Assembly: GCA_905235545.1 (NCBI GenBank)
Contig: CAJOMI010000001.1
Coordinates: 1-63,745, forward strand
Length of the DNA: 63,745 nt
Source of the DNA: an uncultured Lachnospiraceae bacterium
GTDB taxonomy: Bacteria; Bacillota; Clostridia; Lachnospirales; Lachnospiraceae
Reading direction: 5' to 3'
The translations under genes were made by a program, and so were the position numbers. The stretch's first letter is position 1. Each line of letters opens with the position of its first letter. The notes beneath the pieces were generated by a model, which saw nothing but the letters and a program-made list of their open reading frames with translations, was not told the origin of the DNA and did not search any database. Positions 48,501 to 55,235 of this stretch are shown in pieces.

Positions 48501-48803
48501 TTTACCGCTACGAATATTCGATTAAAAAAGTATATTGATAATATGAAGGTTGAGACGGAGGATGACAAGACACAGAAGCGGATGTTGGAGAATGTTATGT
48601 ACCTGTTGAAGTCACAGATTGATTTATACAATGTATATGGAAATAGCGTTCCGGATACATACGAGGTTATAAAGAATGATCCCAAGAATGATACGATCAG
48701 TGATGTATTTTTGTCATGGTATCAGGATTATGCAGCCAGAGCCATAAAAAAGATGGAACAGATGAAGCAGGTGGAAGCAGGTACAGGTGAGAAAGATTCG
48801 TAA
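42570..48803 (+). CDS. giant charged repeat protein, 2077 aa, five ~250-330-aa internal modules; function unknown (cargo or scaffold candidate)
   Basis: Single uninterrupted ORF with a GGGGGGA RBS. A recurring motif pair [ST]D[FV]SI[FL]D … Y[ML]D[YF]…R[ML]x[IV]I..P[FL]Y appears five times. No signal peptide, TM or catalytic motif recognised. Confidence 0.6.
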   Translation: MDEVVLSEEEIKELKNQILNGVKNAKAQNIKERKQKIYNDNANLINDYLKKQREQEIVRRNRKKKSRTGGNKNIQNNYNRTVKNDQSDNSLKNNFIKKEEEKREEINNRIKKSFPEPEKTDENKLPEVEGGKGVFELPQDMEIEKQPEEKNAGQEDELILEINGKVVDIENLEERVSAVPGMEEVEQNEENDRQGDIADHVINEVGAAKNEPNNEVEEEAKNERNNEIEEEAKNERNNEPNNEIEEEAKNERNNEPKEEAKNERNNEPNNEVEDAAKNEPEIEYDDFLSGLYFVLTGKEKRYTAVERNELMDKDVDKRLLYHRTMQKKLELDAVNQIKKERNKNEFKDKIKNFEENMRDTDGMRRIDGFLKMDYTIFDNFEDIYIVLNFEKLNNAIEQSEHIYKDVLPLAVEAGTIDENTRVNVTALAMAIDDYKEYMNYRIMIIADENYTLALDEEPFRMNADDAAIYERLDKFTSDNNLSERNLNTLMHFVTYKTGMNGNDKGDRKRNPLFAEHFNDEKSNMLTRMQQYGFSAEEKEENVDEDIDEDLAALEQQVKAEDVDQEADREAANIPEVPEILIPKRRRQLNYLITGNDIMPQELHEGEEKNRSDLAGKAREIYQAWENMNPELSLERALLDVSKYEEQGFILPPEILEVVRAGIRPGESLEVRKANADTLAEGMYRGDNEDAKQLPHILISNYMRTDFSIFDALDDEAIVSHYNEAKRLLNYGLSLQELFYQTADNKTCLLSQDRADNFYAILSALRDYMDYATIRMDIIRSPFYSLFDVDKEIKEQDIKQVEDAGKGEYEADLLMYIKKYADIAPYIEKVKRGGFYERASGYGYVDINEYLDENPEMQEKFREYITQEKNMEMFAVLPQLVEYYGEEDETAIENIARSNELRIERNNFNNVQKVVGSNKDYDEVKNDPKYEEQTAGREALSERAVELINSLNVEETDANIWLDELMDTDVSILDNMSSDEKLIEHFEDILKLTTRWKIIKEKLSVYDEQGMHIPSEDRIKLKGLQEMLSDAQVYLILKLNQIKNPFYKNMHLSDEIGNENTDVEAFNRRLEKFENDNAELMNYVQATGLVVNSAFLSMFAGNGKNTAEKYIQAVSTSEEARIQETNQNRISKMADNYAAVTYLFDGGEGQINADMRLFSEGSGKREGRTKKSLEAVDAYTAYNEKVMDTFKTAKERLKVIRYANYDIDPKIINGIYTMLKIGGTEEDIKYNTELLMNLGAENINTRGAAYKEMVDNLLAVELSKFDRCDDEYFIANYTELKSLAEPAIALARPGVINSFAKNGYRISEQKKKNLVALSDNIKKYMDFMDARMKVIQHPLYELVFRETDNNKDFKPEELKQRMLRAGQMMSSKDRDYIEVLVNAFSVSFPFAMRNMSMRERLEADGYKTPEGGAYDEDIAGNEAYQQEIADDHIIKETVELRTEQFVTNVLKELGTGDGKQSLEDYEKQNADREKRKTLSEKMRTLPEFDSVEPVILVMDLLAGHEDVINAFLSMDFKELDNLSDETIVERYQDIAALCRVDDQVRPALETLRADYNDTNKDAKDKPTTTTISAVVGRLEMLNDLRNYMVVKRLVISNPLYEKHYNEAYLSYHEDAGAMHDKIDSLEGKLSEDEAEYLRNVASIMSKPFMARYTGNGKTTADAYGKQQENDNFARGELKDEGKKNVILDENERSAGEISGDPEDINTSLANIEGELGSKAMSEPLNELKTFTETSQYQQRLYKREMQTRNFSKDINHNMQPIKEQIKIIFNLLNEEMNYGHDDQFAEELDLLLNHFEVLGVLCSQYLTGTRNKTSDDMNQAAIRKVRRIRDIAHYAYTQTYTSARMSRIYFRQQDISGRRVPWINMYHYAEQPIVWEQGLVPYTEINKEEISAIKGEKKPRTRLKEFTPEDNSFVKIEHWMTIFSECKPDYVNAIDRELSIKDMEKIEKLVNTVNMRTNQGLPDDSRDFIRACDDMIHSFTATNIRLKKYIDNMKVETEDDKTQKRMLENVMYLLKSQIDLYNVYGNSVPDTYEVIKNDPKNDTISDVFLSWYQDYAARAIKKMEQMKQVEAGTGEKDS
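43191..43410 (+). repeat. tandem 36/48-bp in-frame DNA repeats encoding AKNE(R/P)NNE(PNNE)(I/V)EEE units
   Basis: GCAAAGAATGAAC(C/G)GAATAA(C/T)GAA… recurs six times from 43191 to 43395. Confidence 0.8.
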
Positions 48804-48851
48804 ACGAGTCTTGACATGAAATGAGGTCAGGGATAGAAGAGGTGATATACA

Positions 48852-51056
48852 ATGTATGGATACGGAGATTATTATGACGAGAGACTTACCCAAATTCCAT
48901 ATACGGACAGCAGTGAAGAACTTGAGGATTACAGGGCATTAGTTGAGATTATGTTAGAGGATCTGGCGGGAATCAAGGGGGTCGGCACAGAGGAAGGATT
49001 GTTCTCCAAAGGGCTGGTAATCTCCGAAGCAGAGATGCAGGAGTATTTTGTGAATCACCCTTCCGTCAGAGAAAAGGATTTTTATTTCTATATATTGGGT
49101 GATGTGGTGAAACAGGCAATAGGACACATAGAAAGCAGAGAGGAGAGCACATCGGATAATGTCTTTTTGCCCATAAGGAATATCAGAAAGAATTTTGGAC
49201 TCAGTGACGCTTGGACAGTGGCATTGGTACTTGCCTTCCTTGCCCATACGAACAGGGGATATGAGAGAATATATGGATTTTTGCAGGATGATATAGAAAG
49301 CAGTGAACCGACACTGGGACTTGCTGTTTCTTTGTGTGAGAGAGCCTTTTATGAGGATAAACTCAGTGCTTCAGATATACTGTCGGACAAGTCATATCTG
49401 TTCGGAACGTTATTCATGGAGGAGGGAATCAATCCGGTATATCCTCTTCGCACGAAACTGATCCTGACAGGAGCAGCACTGACTTATATGAATGGGAATA
49501 CCACTCTTTTTGGTTATGGTGCCGGGATTCCGTATGGCTTGCTATGTGAATATGAAGACGGGAAGACGCCGGCCTTTTTTGAAAAGGAGGTAAAGGTGCT
49601 TTTCAATCTGATCAGACATGGTGACGCGTTACCGTGCCTGTTTGTGGAAGGCAGGGATCAGGATGCGATCATTCATGTGGCAGCGCTGGCGGCGCGTGCT
49701 AACGGAAAGCGTTTCGTCACCGTGTCGGGTGAGTCAATAAGTACGGCAGATGAAATGGAATGTTCCGGTATGGTGGCTTTTTTGTCTTTTTATGGTCATA
49801 TGGAAGGAATTACGGTGATGGTAACGGATGTGACGGATGAGAGGCTTGCAGATGAATCCTTTACGCGCATATTGAAGAGATTGATCCGGACAGAGGGAAT
49901 TGCCCCATTTCTATTTGCAGGAAGTGATCAGACACCGGAAAGATTTAAGACCGGAGCTGCGACGGGAACGCCTGTCCTCCATTTGCAACTACCGGTACCG
50001 GATGTAAAAGTCCGAACCACGATATGGGATTATTTTATCAAAGATGCCGGATTGTCCAAAGAAAAGGGATTTTCCAGCGAGGAGATCGCAGACTGTTATG
50101 AGGTAGGCTATGGTGTTATCAAGACTGCAGTGTCCCAGGCAAAACTCAATATGCTGGCAAATGGAGTAAAAAAGGTTAACAAGGATATCGTAGCCGATGC
50201 ACTGAAAGGAATCGGAACGGTCAACTTCAAAGGACTGGCCAAGGAGGTGCGGGCAGTCTACACATGGGAGGATCTTTGTATTGGAGATACGGAGCGCAGA
50301 GTGCTTCAGACGGCATGTGACCGCTATAAGATAAAGAACCGCATCGGTGAGAACTGGGGCATTACGAAAAAAAATGCTTACGGAAACGGTGTATCGGTGT
50401 TGTTGTATGGTCCGCCGGGAACCGGTAAAACCATGTCGGCACAGGTGGTGGCAAGAGAAATCGGACTTCCGTTATATCGTGTAGATACGTCGCAGCTCTT
50501 CTCAAAATATATCGGGGAGACACAAAAGAACTTAAATGCGGTATTTGACGAGGCAGAGGCTTCCAATGTGATACTGTTTTTTGATGAGGCGGATGCGCTT
50601 TTTTCAAAGAGGACGGATGTGGAGAGTTCCAATGACCGTCATGCTAATCAGGAAATCGCTTTTCTTCTCCAGAGGATAGAGGAATATAAAGGAATGAGTC
50701 TGCTTGCCACAAACTTTTATTCGGGATTTGATCAGGCATTTGTACGTCGTATCACATACGCGGTGAGATTAGAACAGCCGGATTACGAGACAAGACTCTC
50801 TCTTTGGAACAATACGCTTCCGGAAGAGGTCCCGAAGGAAAAATCAATTGATTATGAATTTTTAGCAAAGAATTTTGAACTTACGGGAAGTAACATCAAG
50901 GCAATCCTTCTCTCGGCTGCTTATATGGCCGGAGCAGAGGACGGAATGCTTTCCATGGCACATATCGTCCGGGCTATGAAATATGAGTTTGACAAGCTCG
51001 GCATGATGCCGGACTCGGGCAAATTTGGACCTTATTCCGTGTATTTGTTTGGATGA
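48852..51056 (+). CDS. Afp15-like CIS AAA+ ATPase, copy 2 (734 aa)
   Basis: Walker A LLYGPPGTGKT, Walker B ILFFDEAD, and LLATNFYSGFDQAFVRRI. The C-terminal module is clearly alignable to copy 1. Confidence 0.8.
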   Translation: MYGYGDYYDERLTQIPYTDSSEELEDYRALVEIMLEDLAGIKGVGTEEGLFSKGLVISEAEMQEYFVNHPSVREKDFYFYILGDVVKQAIGHIESREESTSDNVFLPIRNIRKNFGLSDAWTVALVLAFLAHTNRGYERIYGFLQDDIESSEPTLGLAVSLCERAFYEDKLSASDILSDKSYLFGTLFMEEGINPVYPLRTKLILTGAALTYMNGNTTLFGYGAGIPYGLLCEYEDGKTPAFFEKEVKVLFNLIRHGDALPCLFVEGRDQDAIIHVAALAARANGKRFVTVSGESISTADEMECSGMVAFLSFYGHMEGITVMVTDVTDERLADESFTRILKRLIRTEGIAPFLFAGSDQTPERFKTGAATGTPVLHLQLPVPDVKVRTTIWDYFIKDAGLSKEKGFSSEEIADCYEVGYGVIKTAVSQAKLNMLANGVKKVNKDIVADALKGIGTVNFKGLAKEVRAVYTWEDLCIGDTERRVLQTACDRYKIKNRIGENWGITKKNAYGNGVSVLLYGPPGTGKTMSAQVVAREIGLPLYRVDTSQLFSKYIGETQKNLNAVFDEAEASNVILFFDEADALFSKRTDVESSNDRHANQEIAFLLQRIEEYKGMSLLATNFYSGFDQAFVRRITYAVRLEQPDYETRLSLWNNTLPEEVPKEKSIDYEFLAKNFELTGSNIKAILLSAAYMAGAEDGMLSMAHIVRAMKYEFDKLGMMPDSGKFGPYSVYLFG

Positions 51057-51121
51057 AAAAATAATTACTTAATATTAAGGAGAGGGCCTGCTAAAACTAT
51101 CTCTGACAGAAGCATAAAGAT

Positions 51122-51155
51122 TGTGACATTTATGTGACATTTAATGTGGTATCTT
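51122..51155 (+). promoter_or_regulatory. regulon promoter P5: TGTGACA (51122-51128), TGTGACA (51133-51139), N10, TATCTT (51150-51155)
   Basis: Perfect TGTGAC hexamers at 11-bp phasing with the same N10 spacing. Intergenic, about 90 nt upstream of ATG 51244. Confidence 0.55.
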
Positions 51156-51243
51156 AAGAAAAGATACGTAGAAGGAGAAGAGTGTAAGTTTTTTAAAGAT
51201 AAATTTTTACACCACATAAGAAGATAATAGACGAGGATAGCTT

Positions 51244-52203
51244 ATGAAACCAGATACCAAAACCTATTATGATATTCCTGAAGATTTTATGAATCGCTTA
51301 AAAGAGCGGGGATATAAGAAAGTAACCGGCGAACAGAAGAAAGAGTTCGATCCTTATTATGATAAGATGAATGAACATTGGTGTGCGAATACCAGTTTTG
51401 TGAATCTATGGGGATGGAGTGATACCTTTCCGGTATATTGTAAAATATCAAACGGATATGTATACCTGATCCAATTCCTGCGGACAGACGGATATCCGGT
51501 GGCTAGTCCTTTTTTGGGATGTTATACGAAAGATGGGATTACAGAGGCAATCAGGGAAATTAAAAAGGATTTTGAATATTTTGAGTATCCGTTGGTGTTC
51601 ATGGATATTACGCCATGGATGCTCCCCTATTTTACAGAGACCGGAATTGATTTTGAGATAGAAGATCTTAGAGAACTTCAGGATTATATCTATACACCGG
51701 AGGCTTTATGGGAGGGATTGAATCAATCCGATGATCGTTATCGGTATCGTTATTTTAAGAGAAGATATCAATACGAGACAATAGAACTGAACTCAGAACA
51801 TGCAGATGAGTGTCTGCGCTTCATGGATGAGCATTGGTGTAAATTCGAGGAGTGCAGCAAATGCTGCGGTTGTTTGAAACAAGTGATATTCCGTGTGGTT
51901 TCAAAATTTGACACGCCTGACGAATATGGTATATTGGTACGTGTAGAGGGGAAGACAGCCGGTATATGCATTGTGTCAAACAGAAATGGTCTTGGAATTT
52001 ATCAATACAAAAATGCTGTCAATCAGATCAAGGGAATCAATGAATATTTGTTGCGCGAATGCTTTGAACGCTATTTGCAGAATGTAGATGTTATTAATTA
52101 TACAGAAGATATGGGTATAGAAAATCTGCGTTATTATAAGGAGCATTTGACCTCTCATTATTCGCTGCTCTCAAAATATACATTAAGTGAAAAGGTTAGA
52201 TGA
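51244..52203 (+). CDS. DUF2156 / LPG_synthase_C-like (GNAT-fold, aminoacyl-transferase-like) protein, paralogue A
   Basis: …DYIYTPEAL…DDRYRYRYFKRRYQYETIEL…GILVRVEGKTAGICIVS…KGINEYLLRECFERYL…INYTEDMGIENLRYYKEHL follows the DUF2156 layout as I remember it. It has a CSKCCGC cysteine cluster. Confidence 0.5.
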   Translation: MKPDTKTYYDIPEDFMNRLKERGYKKVTGEQKKEFDPYYDKMNEHWCANTSFVNLWGWSDTFPVYCKISNGYVYLIQFLRTDGYPVASPFLGCYTKDGITEAIREIKKDFEYFEYPLVFMDITPWMLPYFTETGIDFEIEDLRELQDYIYTPEALWEGLNQSDDRYRYRYFKRRYQYETIELNSEHADECLRFMDEHWCKFEECSKCCGCLKQVIFRVVSKFDTPDEYGILVRVEGKTAGICIVSNRNGLGIYQYKNAVNQIKGINEYLLRECFERYLQNVDVINYTEDMGIENLRYYKEHLTSHYSLLSKYTLSEKVR

Positions 52204-55163
52204 TTATGCGATATTTATTTTTAAAGAAACAAACCGAATCAAATGAAGAACGGACAAAACAGGTGAATAAATATTTGGTTGCTATATTGATGTTGCTGCT
52301 GATCGTTTTTTCGGTTTTGCTCTTTCTGTTTAGAGGCTGGATTGGGGAGACAGAACTCTCTTCTTATGCACTGAGTGAGGTCTCTGATATTGCGGCAGAT
52401 CGTGAGGGAAATCTTTATATTTTGGCAGATGCGACGGATGCTGTGTTAAAAGTGTCGCCGGATGGAGTTTTGTTAGACAGAATTCGATTCCCGGAACTCG
52501 ATGATATGTCCTCTGCAATCCATATCGCAGTGGGTGGAGATGATAATATATATCTGCATGAAGTGGTGATCGATCAGGGAGTTTTGCTGGAAAAAGAGCA
52601 GATTGGACGATTGAATTCAAAACTGCATGATCTTGAAGTGCTGGATACCATTTGGGAAAAAGACGGAACCGTGCGGCAGTCTGTTGCAGGTATTGCGCCC
52701 ACAAAAACAGGAATCCGTTATATCAAAAAAGATTCATCCGGTATGGTAGTATATGATGAGAACGCTACGGAGACAGTAAGTTGTTCCTATCCAAAGGCGG
52801 ATGAGCAAATTCTGTATGCCGTTACGGACGATATTGGAAATGATATCTTCTATGTTACATATAATGGAGAGGTTTATCGTTATGTGAATGGAAAAGAGGA
52901 TACCCTGCTCTATGACAGCGATGAACGAGAAGGAAGCGTTCCACAGTCTGTAAGCTATGCAGACGGGATATTGTATGTGACAGATATCGGATTGCGTGAT
53001 ATCATCATGATCAACGTGGACACAGGAGAAATGAAATTTCGTTCTACCGAGGGTGAGATCAAGGAACGTGCGATTGAATATTTTGTATCCGCTACGAATC
53101 ATATGGTGTCTGCAGGGGAATATTCAATTACCCTTTGGAATGAAACGGATTATGTGCAACTGTGGGACTTGGAAATTGGCGGCGGTGTGAAAGCAAAAAT
53201 TATATTCACATGGATTGCGATATTTTATATTGGCATTTTTCTGTTTATCATGTTGACCAGATTGCTTCATTATTTTTTCAGGCGGGCCAATATATATAGT
53301 AAGGTTGCTTTTTTTATCTTTATAGGCGTTGCGATTCTGGTTGCCCTTTTGGTTGGAACGATGTTCCCGGAGTTTCTCTCCCAGCTTACCGAGCAGATAT
53401 ACGAAAAAGAGATTCTTGCAGCTTCCGTGGTGGCAGATCAGATACCGGAAGATTCTTTTCTGGCACTGAATAAGCCTTCGGATTTTATGAATGAGGATTA
53501 TAAGAAAGTGCAAAGTGTGCTGGACAGTGTATTTGCATCGGAAGATAGTGGATCCCAAGCGTATTATTGCGTGCTTTATCGCCTGATGGATGGAGTGATT
53601 ACTCTGACTTATACCATGGAGGATATCTGCGTTGTATATCCTTATGATTGGGAGTATGAGGGAAGCGGAATGCAGGATGTCATGGAGAAAGGGACGATAT
53701 CCCAATACAGCAGTACCAGTAATACCGGTAGTTATCTGTTTGTGCATTACCCGATTACCGGCAGTGATGGGAACATCATTGGATTGGTAGAGGTTGGTAC
53801 CGATTTGAATTCAGTGACAGAAAAAAATAAAAATATTATTCTTTCTATGTTGTTAAATGTATTTGCCATGACAGTGGCTGTCATCATGCTCCTGGTTGAA
53901 ATCATGTATTATGTGAAGGACAGAAATGCTTATATAGAAAAGAATAAACATTCGACAGATCCCGTATCATTGCCACCGGGGATTTTCAGATTTATTGTAT
54001 TTTTAATATTTTTATTTACAAACCTGACCTGTGTGATTCTGCCAATTCATGCAAAGGAGCTTGCGGGGGGACAGGGAATATTTGGTCTTTCTCCGGCTAT
54101 TTCAGCTGCGATTCCGATTTCGGCAGAAGTTTTTTCAGGTGCGGTCTTTTCTGCACTTGGAGGGAAAATCATTGACAAACTCGGTGCAAAAAAGGCGATA
54201 TTGGTTTCCGGTATATCGTTTACACTTGGACTTTTGGTGCGTGTGGTGCCGCATATTTTGATGCTGATTCTGGGTTCTGTCCTGTTAGGTGCCGGATGGG
54301 GCGTGCTGCTGATTATGGTAAATGTACAGATTGCGGAACTTTCAGATGAGGAGAAGGATAAGGGGTATTCTTATTATAGTGTATCCTCTATATCGGGGGT
54401 TAATTGTGGAGTTATACTCGGAGGATTTCTGGTACAGTGGTGTTCCTATACCACAATCTTTTTAATAACCGCTGCAGTCAGTGTGTTGTTATATATTGTC
54501 TGTCGAAAGTATCTTGCAGACAATATGCCGAAGTATGATAAGACAGAATCAGAAGAGAACACATCGGACGGTCATAGTAACTGGAGATTGATTTTAAGTC
54601 CTCGTGTTTTATGTTTCTTTGGAATGGTGTTAACACCGCTTTTGATCTGCGGATATTTCCTGAATTATCTTTTCCCGATCCTGGGATCGGAATGGGGCAT
54701 GTCCGACTCCTATATCAGTTATGCTTTTATGATCAGCGGAGTGATTGTGCTTTGTTTTGGAACGCATTTGACGGAAGTTTTTACCAGACGTAATCTGCGG
54801 CGTTTTGGTCTTACGGTGTCAGTTTTACTTTATGCGGAGGCATTTCTGGCTATGGCACTTATGGAGAATATTCCATCGCTTTTGCTGGCGCTTGTATTGA
54901 TCGGATTTGCAGACAGTTTCGGAATACCACTGTTAACCAGTTACTTTACGGAGCTTGATGAAGTCGAACAGTTTGGTTATGACAGAGCATTTGGTGTTTA
55001 CAGTGTGTTTGAGAACGGCGCACAGTCGCTGGGCGCTTATGTACTGGGTATTGTATATAATATCGGGATACAAAAAGGTATGTTATTATTAGTAGGAGTC
55101 ATCACGATATTTGCATTAGCCTTTTTCTTCACGTCGCTTCCGAAAAAGAGCGCTTGCAAATGA
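52200..55163 (+). CDS. fusion protein: extracytoplasmic NHL/beta-propeller-like + Cache-like sensor region + C-terminal MFS transporter domain, 987 aa
   Basis: ATGA overlap with the upstream gene. Repeated LY[IV][LT][AD]D strings are present (NLYILADATD, GILYVTDIGL). A Cache-like segment (…YLFVHYPITGSDGNIIGLVEVGTDL) follows. The C-terminal part has about 12 hydrophobic helices with the MFS-like GGKIIDKLGAKKAILVSG. Confidence 0.55.
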   Translation: MIMRYLFLKKQTESNEERTKQVNKYLVAILMLLLIVFSVLLFLFRGWIGETELSSYALSEVSDIAADREGNLYILADATDAVLKVSPDGVLLDRIRFPELDDMSSAIHIAVGGDDNIYLHEVVIDQGVLLEKEQIGRLNSKLHDLEVLDTIWEKDGTVRQSVAGIAPTKTGIRYIKKDSSGMVVYDENATETVSCSYPKADEQILYAVTDDIGNDIFYVTYNGEVYRYVNGKEDTLLYDSDEREGSVPQSVSYADGILYVTDIGLRDIIMINVDTGEMKFRSTEGEIKERAIEYFVSATNHMVSAGEYSITLWNETDYVQLWDLEIGGGVKAKIIFTWIAIFYIGIFLFIMLTRLLHYFFRRANIYSKVAFFIFIGVAILVALLVGTMFPEFLSQLTEQIYEKEILAASVVADQIPEDSFLALNKPSDFMNEDYKKVQSVLDSVFASEDSGSQAYYCVLYRLMDGVITLTYTMEDICVVYPYDWEYEGSGMQDVMEKGTISQYSSTSNTGSYLFVHYPITGSDGNIIGLVEVGTDLNSVTEKNKNIILSMLLNVFAMTVAVIMLLVEIMYYVKDRNAYIEKNKHSTDPVSLPPGIFRFIVFLIFLFTNLTCVILPIHAKELAGGQGIFGLSPAISAAIPISAEVFSGAVFSALGGKIIDKLGAKKAILVSGISFTLGLLVRVVPHILMLILGSVLLGAGWGVLLIMVNVQIAELSDEEKDKGYSYYSVSSISGVNCGVILGGFLVQWCSYTTIFLITAAVSVLLYIVCRKYLADNMPKYDKTESEENTSDGHSNWRLILSPRVLCFFGMVLTPLLICGYFLNYLFPILGSEWGMSDSYISYAFMISGVIVLCFGTHLTEVFTRRNLRRFGLTVSVLLYAEAFLAMALMENIPSLLLALVLIGFADSFGIPLLTSYFTELDEVEQFGYDRAFGVYSVFENGAQSLGAYVLGIVYNIGIQKGMLLLVGVITIFALAFFFTSLPKKSACK

Positions 55164-55235
55164 GATTGAAATTGCGGGAAAAACGGATGAATCGACACGA
55201 AGTGGAAACTGCTATGAAAGAGGAGTAATAATGGC

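Noticed and set aside
18080-51056. Interpretation of the cluster as a (defective) myovirus prophage.
   Set aside because: The window has no capsid, portal, terminase, protease/scaffold, head-tail joining, integrase, repressor or holin genes. DUF4255 plus Afp15-type AAA+ ATPases point to a CIS. The flanks beyond the window cannot be seen, so this rests on the 64 kb available.
18080-51056. Interpretation as a type VI secretion system.
   Set aside because: The sheath is a single long phage-type protein rather than a TssB/TssC pair. No TssM/TssL/TssJ membrane complex, TssA or ClpV-type double-AAA unfoldase is present. The tape-measure-like and DUF4255 genes are eCIS-type features.
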